NCBI GenBank assembly: GCA_964411555.1
Contig: CAYPLF010000006.1
Location: 2,227-66,226 of the forward strand
DNA: 64,000 bases
Source: an uncultured Bacteroidales bacterium
GTDB lineage: Bacteria; Bacteroidota; Bacteroidia; Bacteroidales; UBA1402
Direction: 5' to 3'
Translations under genes and position numbers: made by a program
The notes under the pieces: model-generated
What the model saw: the letters and a program-made list of their open reading frames with translations, nothing else
Database searches by the model: none
Told to the model about the DNA's origin: nothing
In this document: in pieces, positions 18,643 through 28,884 of the stretch
Numbering within the stretch: the stretch's first letter is position 1
Layout: every line of letters begins with the position of its first letter

Positions 18643-20736
18643 ATGATTGACCAGGCCACCATAGACAGAATCATTGACGCCGCCCGTATTGAAGAGGTGG
18701 TGGGGGAATTTGTCACCCTGCGGAAACGGGGAGTGAATTACACAGGCCTGTGCCCGTTTCACGATGAGCGTACACCCTCGTTCAGTGTCTCTCCCTCAAA
18801 GGGTATTTGCAAGTGTTTCAGCTGCGGTAAAGGGGGCAACGTGGTACATTTCATCATGGAACACGAACAGCTCAGTTTCCAGGAAGCCCTCAAATGGTTG
18901 GCTGCCAAGTACCACATCGATATTGTTGAACGGGAACTGACAGCCGCCGAACAAAAGGCCCAAAGCGACAGGGAAAGCCTGTTCATCCTGAACGAATTCG
19001 CCCGCGACTATTATGTGCGCACCTTGCACGAACACATCGACGGAAAATCACTGGGACTGGGCTATTTCAGGGAACGGGGTTTCCGGGAAGACATCATCCG
19101 CAAATTCCAATTGGGATTCAGCCTCGACAACAAAGATGCTTTTACCCGGGAAGCCCTTGGAAAAGGGTATAACAAGACATATCTGGTCAAATCGGGACTC
19201 AGCCTGGAAGGCGATTCCGGCGAACTGCGCGACCGGTACAGGGCCAGGGTGATGTTTCCTGTACACACCTTGTCCGGCAAGGTGGTGGCTTTCGGGGGAC
19301 GCATCCTGAAGAAAGACGAAAAGACGGCCAAATACATCAACTCGCCCGAATCGGAAATTTACCACAAGAGCAACGAACTCTACGGCATCTATTTTGCCAA
19401 ACAGGCCATAGCCAAGCATGACCGTTGCTACCTGGTGGAGGGTTACACCGATGTCTTATCCATGCACCAGGCCGGCATCGAGAACGTGGTCGCTTCAAGC
19501 GGTACAGCCCTGACCCACGGGCAAATCCGCATGATCCACCGTTTCACCGACAATGTAACCGTACTTTACGATGGCGATGCAGCCGGCATCAAAGCTTCGT
19601 TGAAAGGAATCAACCTGTTATTGGAGGAAGGGCTCAATATCCGCGTGCTCTTGCTGCCCGACGGGGAAGATCCGGATTCATTTGCCAAGAAGCACAGTGC
19701 CACGGAATTCAACGACTACCTGAAGGCCAACGAAACCGATTTCATCCGCTTCAAAACCGAGATTCTGCTGAAAGATGCAGGGGACGACCCGGTGACACGG
19801 GCACACCTGATTCAAGACATTGTGGAAAGCATAGCCCTGATAGCCGACGAAATCACCCGGACAGTCTACATCACGGAATGCAGCCGGCAACTCGGCATCC
19901 GCGAACAACTCCTGCAAAAAGAAGTTGACAAGAAACGGATTCAAGCTGTCCAAGAACAGTCACGAAGGGGAACCGGAATCAGCAGAGGCAACCGATATCA
20001 AGGTGAGGCTACCGCTTCTTCCTTGCCCCCGGTCGGCACACGGCCTTATGATTCACTCCCCGGTGAACCTCCGGCCGGATTCATACCCGAACCACCCTCG
20101 GCAACTCCCGATTTTCAACTTCCTATCGGGCCGGAACAAACACGCGAGGATCAATCATCATCCTCAAGCCGGGCCCGTATCCTGGACGCGCTGGAAGCCA
20201 ACCTGCTCCGGTATCTGGTACGCTACGGCGAGCGGACCATCTTCCACAAAGAAACACGGGAAACCGGACAGCCCGACATGACGGTGGCCGATTTTATCTG
20301 TCAGGAACTCAAGGCCGATGAAATCGAATTGGAGAACCCACTCTACCGAGGTATGCTGAAAGACCTTGAGACACACCTGTCGGAACAGGGATTCAAACCT
20401 GAACGGCACTTCCTGAACCATCCGGACCCACAGGTCAGTTTGGCTGCCGCCTCCATGATTATCGACCCGTACGAATTGAGCAGAATCCACTCCCGACACC
20501 AACATGTTTCTGACGATGCGGAACGCCTTGATGAAATCATCCCCAGGGTGTTGCTGGAATTGAAAAACGGTATCCTGCTGGCCATCATTGCAGAAACGGA
20601 GCAACAGCTAAAGGAGGCTGCCGCATCCCGTGACGATGCCGGGATCAACGCCCTGTCCGCCAGACTGATGGAATTGCAGGATGTTAGGAAAGACCTGGCC
20701 AAAAACCTGGGCGACCGCATTATTGTTCGTCATTAA
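18643..20736 (+). CDS. dnaG: DNA primase
   Basis: Zinc-ribbon CPFHDERTPSF..CFSCGKGG, a TOPRIM region (LVEGYTDVLS, YDGDAAG) and a long Pro/Ser-rich linker before the C-terminal domain. Confidence 0.95.
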   Translation: MIDQATIDRIIDAARIEEVVGEFVTLRKRGVNYTGLCPFHDERTPSFSVSPSKGICKCFSCGKGGNVVHFIMEHEQLSFQEALKWLAAKYHIDIVERELTAAEQKAQSDRESLFILNEFARDYYVRTLHEHIDGKSLGLGYFRERGFREDIIRKFQLGFSLDNKDAFTREALGKGYNKTYLVKSGLSLEGDSGELRDRYRARVMFPVHTLSGKVVAFGGRILKKDEKTAKYINSPESEIYHKSNELYGIYFAKQAIAKHDRCYLVEGYTDVLSMHQAGIENVVASSGTALTHGQIRMIHRFTDNVTVLYDGDAAGIKASLKGINLLLEEGLNIRVLLLPDGEDPDSFAKKHSATEFNDYLKANETDFIRFKTEILLKDAGDDPVTRAHLIQDIVESIALIADEITRTVYITECSRQLGIREQLLQKEVDKKRIQAVQEQSRRGTGISRGNRYQGEATASSLPPVGTRPYDSLPGEPPAGFIPEPPSATPDFQLPIGPEQTREDQSSSSSRARILDALEANLLRYLVRYGERTIFHKETRETGQPDMTVADFICQELKADEIELENPLYRGMLKDLETHLSEQGFKPERHFLNHPDPQVSLAAASMIIDPYELSRIHSRHQHVSDDAERLDEIIPRVLLELKNGILLAIIAETEQQLKEAAASRDDAGINALSARLMELQDVRKDLAKNLGDRIIVRH

Positions 20737-20752
20737 AACCAAAAAAAACCTT

Positions 20753-21658
20753 ATGTACGCACTGGAAGCTGAAAAACTGGTAAAACGCTATGGGACCTAT
20801 TTGGCCCTTGACAATGTCGACCTCAGCGTGCCCGAACACCGCATCCACGGTTTGCTCGGACCTAACGGAGCCGGCAAGACCACCCTCATCCGCATCATCA
20901 ACCGCATCACGGCCCCTGACAGCGGGCAGGTACGATGGATGGGACGTTCATTCGAACCGGGCGATATTGCCCAGATTGGCTATTTGCCCGAAGAACGGGG
21001 ACTGTATAAAAAAATGAAGGTAGGCGAACAAGCCCTGTACCTGGCACGCTTGAAAGGCCTCTCCAAACAAGATGCCACTGTCCGGCTCAATTATTGGTTT
21101 GAAAAATTCGACATAGACAGCTGGAAAAACAAAAAGTTGGAAGAATTGTCCAAGGGCATGCAGCAGAAGGTGCAATTCATCATCACCATCCTGCATGAAC
21201 CCAAGCTGTTGATTTTTGACGAACCATTCAGCGGATTCGACCCGGTGAACACCCAGTTGCTCAAAGACGAAATACTCAACCTGAAGGAAAAAGGGGCTAC
21301 GGTGCTGTTTTCCACACACAACATGTCGTCGGTGGAAGAAATCTGCGACGAAATCACCCTGATCAACCAATCGAAAGTGGTACTCAGCGGCAACGTGAAC
21401 CAAATCCGCAGCGAGCATTCCAAAGGCATCTATTCGCTCTGTGCCAGCGATACGTCAACCGATGACACATCGAACACCTCGTTCGATATCCTGTCGCAAG
21501 AACGGCATAACGACCGCCTTTACCTGAAGGTGCAAAAAAAGGAAGGCACAACCACCGGTTTGTTGCTGCGCGACTTATCCGCACGCTACGACATCCGCTC
21601 GTTTGAAGAAGAGATACCTACCATGAACGACATATTCATCAAAACCGTACAGACATGA
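20753..21658 (+). CDS. ABC transporter ATP-binding protein (ABC-2 / NatA-like)
   Basis: Trimmed to MYALEAEKLVKRYG.. Has Walker A GPNGAGKTT, the signature LSKGMQQK and Walker B LLIFDEP. Confidence 0.9.
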   Translation: MYALEAEKLVKRYGTYLALDNVDLSVPEHRIHGLLGPNGAGKTTLIRIINRITAPDSGQVRWMGRSFEPGDIAQIGYLPEERGLYKKMKVGEQALYLARLKGLSKQDATVRLNYWFEKFDIDSWKNKKLEELSKGMQQKVQFIITILHEPKLLIFDEPFSGFDPVNTQLLKDEILNLKEKGATVLFSTHNMSSVEEICDEITLINQSKVVLSGNVNQIRSEHSKGIYSLCASDTSTDDTSNTSFDILSQERHNDRLYLKVQKKEGTTTGLLLRDLSARYDIRSFEEEIPTMNDIFIKTVQT

Positions 21659-23031
21659 GCAAGATCAATCAAATCATCGAACGCGAGTACATGAGCCGTG
21701 TTCGGAAAAAATCGTTTCTGGTATTGACCTTCCTGGTTCCCGTCCTGCTCATCGCACTGGTGTTCGTTCCTTTCCTCCTGTCAATGATGAACGGATCTGA
21801 CGTGAAGCAAGTGGCGGTGGCCGATTACTCGGGTTTGTATGGTTCCAGATTGGAGGGCAACGAACAATACCAGTTCACGCTGGGCAAGGACAATCTGGCG
21901 AACTTCCGCAAGGACGCCATGAACAATGACGACATCCATGCCCTGTTGGTCATTGAAGGTAATTTATCCGGCGATTCGGGCAAGGTTACCCTGTATGCCC
22001 GCAAGCAAGTGGAGCTTGATTTGAAGACCTTCATTACCGGCCAATTGGAAACCTTGGCCAAAAAGGATAAGATTGCTTCTTTCAATATTCCTGAATTGGA
22101 ATCCATCATTCAGAAGACCGATGTGCGCCTGGCTGTGAACACCTTTACCTGGGAGGAAGACGGCAGCGAAAAGAAAAGTTCGTCGGAGCTGGCCATGATC
22201 ATAGGCATGATCTGTACGTTTGCCATTTACATCTTCATCTTTGCCTACGGCGCCCTGGTCATGAACGGCGTCATCGAGGAAAAGGCCAACCGCATCGTGG
22301 AAATCATCGTCTCTTCGGTGAGACCGTTTGAACTCATGATGGGCAAAATCATCGGTATCGCCATGGTCGGATTGACGCAGGTTTTGTTGTGGGTATTGTT
22401 GATAGCTGGCATTGCGGGTATTGCCTCCACCTACGTGGGCAAATCAATGGATACCGAAAAGATGCAAGCCATCAGTCAAGGAATGACAGCCAACCCCTCG
22501 TTGAATTTACCGGGTCAAACCATGAGCCCGGATGACATGTCCGGCCTATCGGAAGGAATCACCTCCAACCCCCAAATCATGGACATCATCGAAGTGGCCG
22601 GCAACCTGAACCTGGGCGAATTGGCCATTTGGTTCATCCTCTTTTTCCTGGGTGGATACTTGCTGTACGCCTCACTGTTTGCCGCTGTTGGAAGTGCCAT
22701 TGACAATCAGGAAGATGCCCAACAGTTTACCCTGCCGCTCACGATTCCCGTTTTGTTTGCCCTGTACGCCGGAATGGCCAGTGCCAACAATCCTGACGGC
22801 CCGTTGGCTTTCTGGTGTTCCATCATCCCCTTCACATCGCCCATTGTCATGATGGTGCGCATCCCCTTCGGTGTGCCGTTTTGGCAGTTACTCCTGTCGT
22901 TTGGGCTGTTGGTGATCACCTTCCTGCTAACCACCCTGATGGCTTCCAAAATTTACCGGACCGGCATCCTCATGTACGGAAAAAAGGTAACTTACAAGGA
23001 ACTCTGGAAATGGCTAACCTACAAAAGCTAA
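21655..23031 (+). CDS. ABC-2 type transporter permease
   Basis: 458 aa with an N-terminal TM helix, a large extracytoplasmic loop and about 5 C-terminal TM helices. ATGA overlap with the ATPase gene. Confidence 0.85.
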   Translation: MSKINQIIEREYMSRVRKKSFLVLTFLVPVLLIALVFVPFLLSMMNGSDVKQVAVADYSGLYGSRLEGNEQYQFTLGKDNLANFRKDAMNNDDIHALLVIEGNLSGDSGKVTLYARKQVELDLKTFITGQLETLAKKDKIASFNIPELESIIQKTDVRLAVNTFTWEEDGSEKKSSSELAMIIGMICTFAIYIFIFAYGALVMNGVIEEKANRIVEIIVSSVRPFELMMGKIIGIAMVGLTQVLLWVLLIAGIAGIASTYVGKSMDTEKMQAISQGMTANPSLNLPGQTMSPDDMSGLSEGITSNPQIMDIIEVAGNLNLGELAIWFILFFLGGYLLYASLFAAVGSAIDNQEDAQQFTLPLTIPVLFALYAGMASANNPDGPLAFWCSIIPFTSPIVMMVRIPFGVPFWQLLLSFGLLVITFLLTTLMASKIYRTGILMYGKKVTYKELWKWLTYKS

Positions 23032-23053
23032 TCCGTTATAAGTAAAAAATACC

Positions 23054-23061
23054 TATCTTTG
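23054..23061 (+). promoter_or_regulatory. Bacteroidota -7 promoter box (TATCTTTG) for rsfS
   Basis: Exact TAnnTTTG match, 28 nt upstream of the ATG at 23089. The track's start at 23059 is a TTG inside the box. Confidence 0.55.
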
Positions 23062-23088
23062 TCATTAAACGTTTACGTATCTGCTAGC

Positions 23089-23445
23089 ATGATAAAAACA
23101 AACAGTTTGGTCAAACACATCAAGGAAGGTATTCAGGAAAAAAAAGGAAAAAACATCGTTATCGTTGATATGACAGCGTTGGATGCTGTTTGTTCCTACT
23201 TTGTCATTTGCGAGGGTACGTCAAACACCCACATTGCAGCCATTACGGATTCGGTAAACGAGTACGTCAGGAAGACGACCGGAGAGAAACCGTTCGCCAT
23301 GGACGGCATGGACAATGCCACGTGGGTGGTACTGGATTACGGTGATGTGTTGGTGCATGTGTTCGAGCGCGAAAGCAGGGCATTTTACAACCTGGAGCAT
23401 TTGTGGTCGGATGCCAAATTGACAGTAGTACCCGATGTGGTATGA
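23089..23445 (+). CDS. rsfS: Ribosome silencing factor
   Basis: Motifs IVIVDMT..YFVICEGTSNTH and WVVLDYGDVLVHVF..R.FYNLE.LW. Confidence 0.9.
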   Translation: MIKTNSLVKHIKEGIQEKKGKNIVIVDMTALDAVCSYFVICEGTSNTHIAAITDSVNEYVRKTTGEKPFAMDGMDNATWVVLDYGDVLVHVFERESRAFYNLEHLWSDAKLTVVPDVV

Positions 23446-23476
23446 TTTCTGAAGTATAGTTCACATACTTTATTTT

Positions 23477-25627
23477 ATGGAAAAGAACCCCCCCGTTAAA
23501 AATAACAAGTCACCGCAGTTTAACATCTACTGGATATACGGACTGATTTTGTTGGGTATCATCGGTTTCTCCCTGATGGGCAACAAGGAAACCACCAAAA
23601 AGGGCACCATCACCGAATTGGAAGGCTACATCAGTAAAGGTTATGTCAAAAGCATGGTTGTGCAGAAGCGCAAGGATGTGGTGGAAGTCACCATCAATGA
23701 TTCAGCCAAAGTGGCCGTTTTCGGTGAAGAAGGAACAAAGAAACCCTATACCCTGGTGGTCACCATCCCTTCGGCCGACCGTTTCGATGTGTTCCAAAAG
23801 GAAATGCAGAAAAACTACAATTATCAGGGTGGGGTTGAATATGTTGAAAACAAAGACTACCTGGTATCATTCCTGTTGAATTCACTTCCCTTCCTGTTAC
23901 TCATCGGCGTTTGGATCTATTTTATGCGCCGGATGTCAGGTGGCGGAGGCGGTAGCGGTGGCGGCGGCGTATTCAGCGTGGGCAAGTCAAAGGCGCAGTT
24001 GTTTGACAAAGGCTCCAACAACCGGGTCACCTTCAAAGATGTAGCCGGTTTGAGTGAAGCCAAACAAGAGGTTGAGGAAATTGTTTCCTTCCTGAAAAAC
24101 CCGTCCAAATACACCGAATTGGGTGGCAAGATTCCTAAAGGTGCTTTGCTCGTAGGCCCTCCGGGGACAGGTAAAACACTATTGGCCAAGGCTGTAGCAG
24201 GCGAAGCAGATGTACCCTTCTTCTCCCTGTCCGGTTCTGATTTTGTGGAAATGTTTGTGGGTGTTGGTGCTTCCCGCGTGCGTGACTTGTTCCGCCAAGC
24301 CAAGGAAAAAGCACCCTGTATCGTATTCATCGATGAAATTGACGCCGTAGGTCGCGCTCGTGGCAAGAACCCAAACATGGGTGCCAACGATGAAAGGGAA
24401 AATACCCTTAATCAGTTGTTGACCGAGATGGATGGTTTCGGCTCGAACAGTGGAGTCATCATCCTGGCAGCCACCAACCGTGCAGACATTCTGGACAAGG
24501 CACTGTTACGTGCCGGGCGTTTCGACCGCCAGATCAACGTGGATTTGCCTGACATCAACGAACGCCACGAAATATTCAATGTCCACCTGCGTCCCATCAA
24601 AATTGACGAATCAGTGGATCCCGCCTTTCTGGCCAGACAAACACCTGGTTTCTCGGGTGCCGACATTGCGAATGTGTGCAACGAAGCAGCTTTGATTGCT
24701 GCACGTTCCGGCAAGGCAGCCGTTCAGAAACAAGATTTCCTGGATGCCGTAGACCGCATCATCGGCGGATTGGAAAAGAAAAACAAAATCACCACCTCGT
24801 CTGAACGCAAAGCCATTGCTATCCATGAAGGTGGTCATGCCACCATCAGTTGGCTGTTGCAATACGCCAGTCCCCTGGTGAAGGTAACCATCGTTCCCCG
24901 GGGAAAAGCGCTGGGAGCGGCCTGGTACTTGCCAGAGGAACGTCAGTTGACCACCAAGGAACAGATGTTGGACGAAATGTGCTCCACCTTGGGTGGCCGT
25001 GCTGCCGAAGAACTCTTTTTAGGCCATGTCTCAACCGGAGCCCTGAACGACCTGGAACGGGTGACCAAACAAGCCTGGGCCATCATTGTCTATTACGGTA
25101 TGAGCGACAGCCTGAACAACATCAGCTACTTTGACTCTTCCGGAACCAACGAATTTTCTTTCACAAAACCGTACAGCGAACGTACGGCTGAAAAAATTGA
25201 CGAAGAGGTCAAGACCTTGGTCAATGAACAATACGAACGGGCCAAACGCATATTGAGTGAACATGCCGCCTCGCACAACGAGTTGGCCGATTTGCTGGTG
25301 GAACGGGAAGTAATCTTCGCCGAGGATTTGGAACGGATATTCGGCAAACGCCCCTGGACCTCAAGAACCCAGGAAATCCTGGATGAACAGAAGCGGTTGG
25401 AAGAAGCCAAAGAGCTGGCCGCCATGAACGCAGCCCTTCAAGAAGGAACCGATGCTGTCACTTCTACGGAAGTAAACGGGAAAGCGTTGGCAGGGAACTC
25501 GGAAACTCCGGTAGATGAAAAGGCTTCCACACCGAATGATGGTCCTGTTCAGACTTCCGGGAATGAGCATGAACCGATACAACAGGAAGATACGACTGAA
25601 CAACACAAAGACTCAACTATCCAGTAA
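23477..25627 (+). CDS. ftsH: ATP-dependent zinc metalloprotease FtsH
   Basis: AAA+ Walker [14 protein letters not shown], the SRH region and the HEGGH zinc site. 716 aa. Confidence 0.97.
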   Translation: MEKNPPVKNNKSPQFNIYWIYGLILLGIIGFSLMGNKETTKKGTITELEGYISKGYVKSMVVQKRKDVVEVTINDSAKVAVFGEEGTKKPYTLVVTIPSADRFDVFQKEMQKNYNYQGGVEYVENKDYLVSFLLNSLPFLLLIGVWIYFMRRMSGGGGGSGGGGVFSVGKSKAQLFDKGSNNRVTFKDVAGLSEAKQEVEEIVSFLKNPSKYTELGGKIPKGALLVGPPGTGKTLLAKAVAGEADVPFFSLSGSDFVEMFVGVGASRVRDLFRQAKEKAPCIVFIDEIDAVGRARGKNPNMGANDERENTLNQLLTEMDGFGSNSGVIILAATNRADILDKALLRAGRFDRQINVDLPDINERHEIFNVHLRPIKIDESVDPAFLARQTPGFSGADIANVCNEAALIAARSGKAAVQKQDFLDAVDRIIGGLEKKNKITTSSERKAIAIHEGGHATISWLLQYASPLVKVTIVPRGKALGAAWYLPEERQLTTKEQMLDEMCSTLGGRAAEELFLGHVSTGALNDLERVTKQAWAIIVYYGMSDSLNNISYFDSSGTNEFSFTKPYSERTAEKIDEEVKTLVNEQYERAKRILSEHAASHNELADLLVEREVIFAEDLERIFGKRPWTSRTQEILDEQKRLEEAKELAAMNAALQEGTDAVTSTEVNGKALAGNSETPVDEKASTPNDGPVQTSGNEHEPIQQEDTTEQHKDSTIQ

Positions 25628-25632
25628 CGCTG

Positions 25633-26457
25633 ATGACTAATTTAATAACCCGATCGCTGTCAGGATTCGTCTATGTGGGTGCCATAACGGCATCCATCTT
25701 ATTGGGTCCAGTGACGTATTCGGTTTTTTTCGGCCTGCTTACCGGATTGGCTTTGTGGGAATTTTACAACCTGATTGACGAACAGCTCAACACCACCATG
25801 AAAAAAGGCATATCCATTTTTGGAGGTGTCTATTTATTTGTTTCCGGATTCCTGAGCTTTGCCGGCATCCTGCCTTTCCGTTATGTATCGCTTTGGTTTT
25901 TGGTCATGCTTTTCCTACTCATCCGTGAACTGTACAACAAAAAAACCAATCCGTTTCAGGAAACGGCCATGGTTTTTTTCGGACAGATATACATTGCTTT
26001 ACCATTGATGGTCATGGGACGCCTGGCTTATCCTTTGGATAATTCCGGCACGTATGCTCCCTTTTTGCTGATGGCTTTCTTCGGCTTGATTTGGGTGTAC
26101 GATACCGGAGCTTACTTAGTTGGGATAACGTTTGGCAAACACCGTTTGTTTGAACGTATTTCTCCCAAGAAATCCTGGGAGGGGCTTATTGGAGGATTTA
26201 TTCTTGCAATAGCTGCGTCTATAGGACTGTCGTACCTGCTTCCCGGTCACATGAACACCTTGCAATGGGTGGGTTTTGCCTTGGTCACCGTCACTTTCGG
26301 AACCTGGGGCGATTTGGTGGAATCAATGATCAAACGATCTCTGAACGTAAAAGATTCCAGCAACATGATACCCGGACATGGCGGATTGCTCGATCGCATT
26401 GACAGCTGCCTGATGGCCATTCCTGCTGCCGTTATGTATTATTTATTTGTGCTTTAA
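25633..26457 (+). CDS. cdsA: Phosphatidate cytidylyltransferase
   Basis: 274 aa polytopic membrane protein with the CTP-transferase signature SMIKRSLNVKDSSNMIPGHGGLLDRIDS. Confidence 0.9.
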   Translation: MTNLITRSLSGFVYVGAITASILLGPVTYSVFFGLLTGLALWEFYNLIDEQLNTTMKKGISIFGGVYLFVSGFLSFAGILPFRYVSLWFLVMLFLLIRELYNKKTNPFQETAMVFFGQIYIALPLMVMGRLAYPLDNSGTYAPFLLMAFFGLIWVYDTGAYLVGITFGKHRLFERISPKKSWEGLIGGFILAIAASIGLSYLLPGHMNTLQWVGFALVTVTFGTWGDLVESMIKRSLNVKDSSNMIPGHGGLLDRIDSCLMAIPAAVMYYLFVL

Positions 26458-26515
26458 CCGACGTTAACTAAACCATTGCCCCGTCATAGAGTCGAACTAT
26501 TGAACACCCTAATCC

Positions 26516-27076
26516 ATGGACAAACAAGAGGAATCAAATTTGCTCGAGAGGCTTCAAGACGAGAGGCAAAGCAGAAGGGCGTTCGATGAATTGGTCGCGG
26601 CATTCGCGGAAAGTCTGTACTGGCAGATCCGAAAGATGGTGCTCGATCATGATGATGCCAACGATGTGTTGCAAAACACCTTGATCAAGGCATGGACCAA
26701 TATCTCCCAATTTAGGGGAGAATCCAGATTGTCCACGTGGTTGTTTCGAATTGCTATCAATGAAACATACACGTTTCTGAACCGCGAACGTCAGCGAAAC
26801 CTGACATCGGTAACTGATTTGGAGGACATGATGGTGCAGAACCTGCAAAGTGACCCGTATTTCTCTGGAGACGAGGCCGCATTGAAACTTCAGAAAGCCA
26901 TTCTCAATCTGCCTGAAAAGCAGCGGTTGGTGTTCAACATGAAGTATTACGATGATTTGAAATACGAAGATATGTCTGAAATGCTTGGCACGTCGGTAGG
27001 TGCTCTCAAGGCCTCCTACCATCATGCGGTTAAAAAAATTGAAGCATTTTTGGAAATGGACTCCCAGGGTGATTAA
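26516..27076 (+). CDS. RNA polymerase ECF-type sigma-70 factor
   Basis: Region 2 (DANDVLQNTLIKAW, WLFRIAINE) and region 4 (LPEKQRLVFNMKYYDDLKYEDMSEMLG). Confidence 0.9.
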   Translation: MDKQEESNLLERLQDERQSRRAFDELVAAFAESLYWQIRKMVLDHDDANDVLQNTLIKAWTNISQFRGESRLSTWLFRIAINETYTFLNRERQRNLTSVTDLEDMMVQNLQSDPYFSGDEAALKLQKAILNLPEKQRLVFNMKYYDDLKYEDMSEMLGTSVGALKASYHHAVKKIEAFLEMDSQGD

Positions 27077-27166
27077 ACCTTGGCTTGTTAAAAATGTCAA
27101 AAATATGTTAGAGGTCTGCCGATACCTATCTACCGGTGTAAGGCTCCGACAACAAAAAAAAGACCG

Positions 27167-27583
27167 ATGAAAGAAAATTTTTCACTAAAAGAACCTGGAG
27201 ACAAATCCGTATTCAGTGTGCCTGAAGGCTATTTTGCCGGATTATCAGGACGCATGAACAAACTGATTGACCGTTCTCAGCAACAGGAAGAACTGGTAAT
27301 TGAAACACCTGTCAGGAAAAACAACCTGATGTGGATGGATCGTTACCGTCCCATTCTTTACCTGGCAGCCATGTTTGTGCTGTTGCTGTTCAGTGTTTCC
27401 ACCTTGATGAACATCACGTCCAAGCATTCGGGCGGTGATAACCTTACAAAAGAATCTACAACAAAAAAACAACAGGAAAGAAGCCAGTCATCCGTGCCTA
27501 CAGCTGAAGACTACCTGATCAGCCAGATTGGGACGGACGGTATTGCCGAATATTACATCAATCCTGAATTGTTAGAAAACTGA
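27167..27583 (+). CDS. Single-pass membrane protein; anti-sigma candidate by position only
   Basis: 138 aa with one TM helix (ILYLAAMFVLLLFSV). It follows the ECF sigma gene. No recognisable zinc anti-sigma motif. Confidence 0.55.
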   Translation: MKENFSLKEPGDKSVFSVPEGYFAGLSGRMNKLIDRSQQQEELVIETPVRKNNLMWMDRYRPILYLAAMFVLLLFSVSTLMNITSKHSGGDNLTKESTTKKQQERSQSSVPTAEDYLISQIGTDGIAEYYINPELLEN

Positions 27584-27588
27584 TTGCA

Positions 27589-28068
27589 ATGATGCAGACC
27601 ATTGACCATATAAGACGGTTTTCTTTCCTGATGGTACTGACGCTGTTGGTATCCAACCTCTTTGCACAAGGAGGGGAAGAAGATCGGCAACGTAGGTTTG
27701 AGGAAATGAAATCCAAAAGGGCGGCATTTTTCACTGAACGAATCGGGCTGACTCCTCGTGAAGCAGAACGTTTCTGGCCAACCTACAACAGCCTTCAAAG
27801 CGAGAAGGAAAAGCTGAATGCACGAAGAGGGAAATTATATCAAACCACCAAATTGAACAATAATGGAGAGAAGGTGCCCGATTTTGAAAAGATTTCCGAT
27901 GAAATGATCAACATCAGGGTTAAAGAAGCGACACTGGAAAAGTTGTACCACGACAAATTCAAAAAGATTCTTTCTCCCGAGAAGATGATGAAATATTACA
28001 GGACAGAAGAAGATTGGGGTAGAGAGTTGTTGAAACAATATCAACAGCGTAGCAGAGGATGGTTTTAG
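27589..28068 (+). CDS. Periplasmic Spy/CpxP-like helical protein
   Basis: Signal peptide ending ..LFAQ, then a charged helical repeat with an LTPREAERFW-type motif. It is the third gene of the sigma module. Confidence 0.5.
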   Translation: MMQTIDHIRRFSFLMVLTLLVSNLFAQGGEEDRQRRFEEMKSKRAAFFTERIGLTPREAERFWPTYNSLQSEKEKLNARRGKLYQTTKLNNNGEKVPDFEKISDEMINIRVKEATLEKLYHDKFKKILSPEKMMKYYRTEEDWGRELLKQYQQRSRGWF

Positions 28069-28090
28069 AGGTCAGGCCGAAAGAAAGGAA

Positions 28091-28876
28091 TCACAATCCC
28101 TTTCGCTTGGCCTCTTCCCACAATACGTCCATTTCTTCCAACGTCATTGAACGAAGTGTTTTTCCTTGTCCTATTGTTTTTTCCTCCAGGTAATTGAAGC
28201 GTTGCCTGAATTTTTTATTGGTCAGTTCCAGCGCATTGTCGGGATTGATACCATACAAACGGGCTGCGTTGACCAGGCTGAAGAACACATCGCCAAATTC
28301 AGCTTCCATGGAGGCAGCATCCAAGGTCTCAACTTCCGACTGTAATTCGCTGATTTCTTCTTTCACCTTATCCCACACCTGTTCTTTTTGGTTCCAATCG
28401 AAACCCACTCCCCTGGCCTTATCCTGCATTCGGAAAGCTTTGATCATGGATGGTAACCCATCGGGAACACCGGCAAGGACAGACTTGTTACCGTCTTTTT
28501 CTTTCAGTTTCAGACTTTCCCAATTCCGCTCAACGTGACGGGCGTCTGTAACCGTTGTGTCGCCAAAGATGTGCGGGTGCCGGTAAATCAACTTTTCAGC
28601 CAACTGTTCGCAGACATCCTGGATATCGAAGGTCTCTTGTTCTTCTCCAATTTTTGCGTAGAAAACAAGGTGTAGCAACAAGTCACCCAACTCTTTGCTG
28701 ATTTCGTTGGCGTCCTGTTTGAGGATAGCCTCGCTCAACTCATACGTTTCCTCAATGGTCAGAGGCCTGAGTGTTTCGTTGGTCTGTTCCTTGTCCCAAG
28801 GGCATTTGGCCCTCAGTTCATCCATGATGTCGAGCAAACGACCGAATGCGGCAATTTTTGTCTCTTTTGTATGCAT
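28091..28876 (-). CDS. mazG: Nucleoside triphosphate pyrophosphohydrolase MazG
   Basis: Trimmed to MHTKETKIAAFGRLLDIMDELR.KCPWDKEQT. Tandem MazG domains (EETYEL..A, EELGDxLF-like motifs). Confidence 0.9.
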   Translation of the reverse strand: MHTKETKIAAFGRLLDIMDELRAKCPWDKEQTNETLRPLTIEETYELSEAILKQDANEISKELGDLLLHLVFYAKIGEEQETFDIQDVCEQLAEKLIYRHPHIFGDTTVTDARHVERNWESLKLKEKDGNKSVLAGVPDGLPSMIKAFRMQDKARGVGFDWNQKEQVWDKVKEEISELQSEVETLDAASMEAEFGDVFFSLVNAARLYGINPDNALELTNKKFRQRFNYLEEKTIGQGKTLRSMTLEEMDVLWEEAKRKGL

Positions 28877-28884
28877 CGTTTCTG

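Noticed and set aside
18562-18762. N-terminal extensions offered by the ORF track, here on the MFS gene; also at 2252-2404, 5669-5857, 16997-17065, 36676-36765, 38564-38650 and 42908-42970
   Set aside because: The extensions overlap neighbouring genes, lack homology to the family N-termini and lie upstream of the -7 boxes. Internal ATGs give canonical N-termini such as MCGIVGY for GlmS and [10 protein letters not shown] for SerC.
23939-23968. GGN-rich tandem-looking tract in ftsH
   Set aside because: It encodes the flexible GGGGSGGGG linker after the second TM helix of FtsH. This is low-complexity coding sequence, not a repeat element.
26534-27100. 188-aa minus-strand ORF covering the ECF sigma gene
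   Set aside because: It mirrors almost exactly the sigma-70 ORF, which has clear region 2 and region 4 motifs. The antisense product has none.
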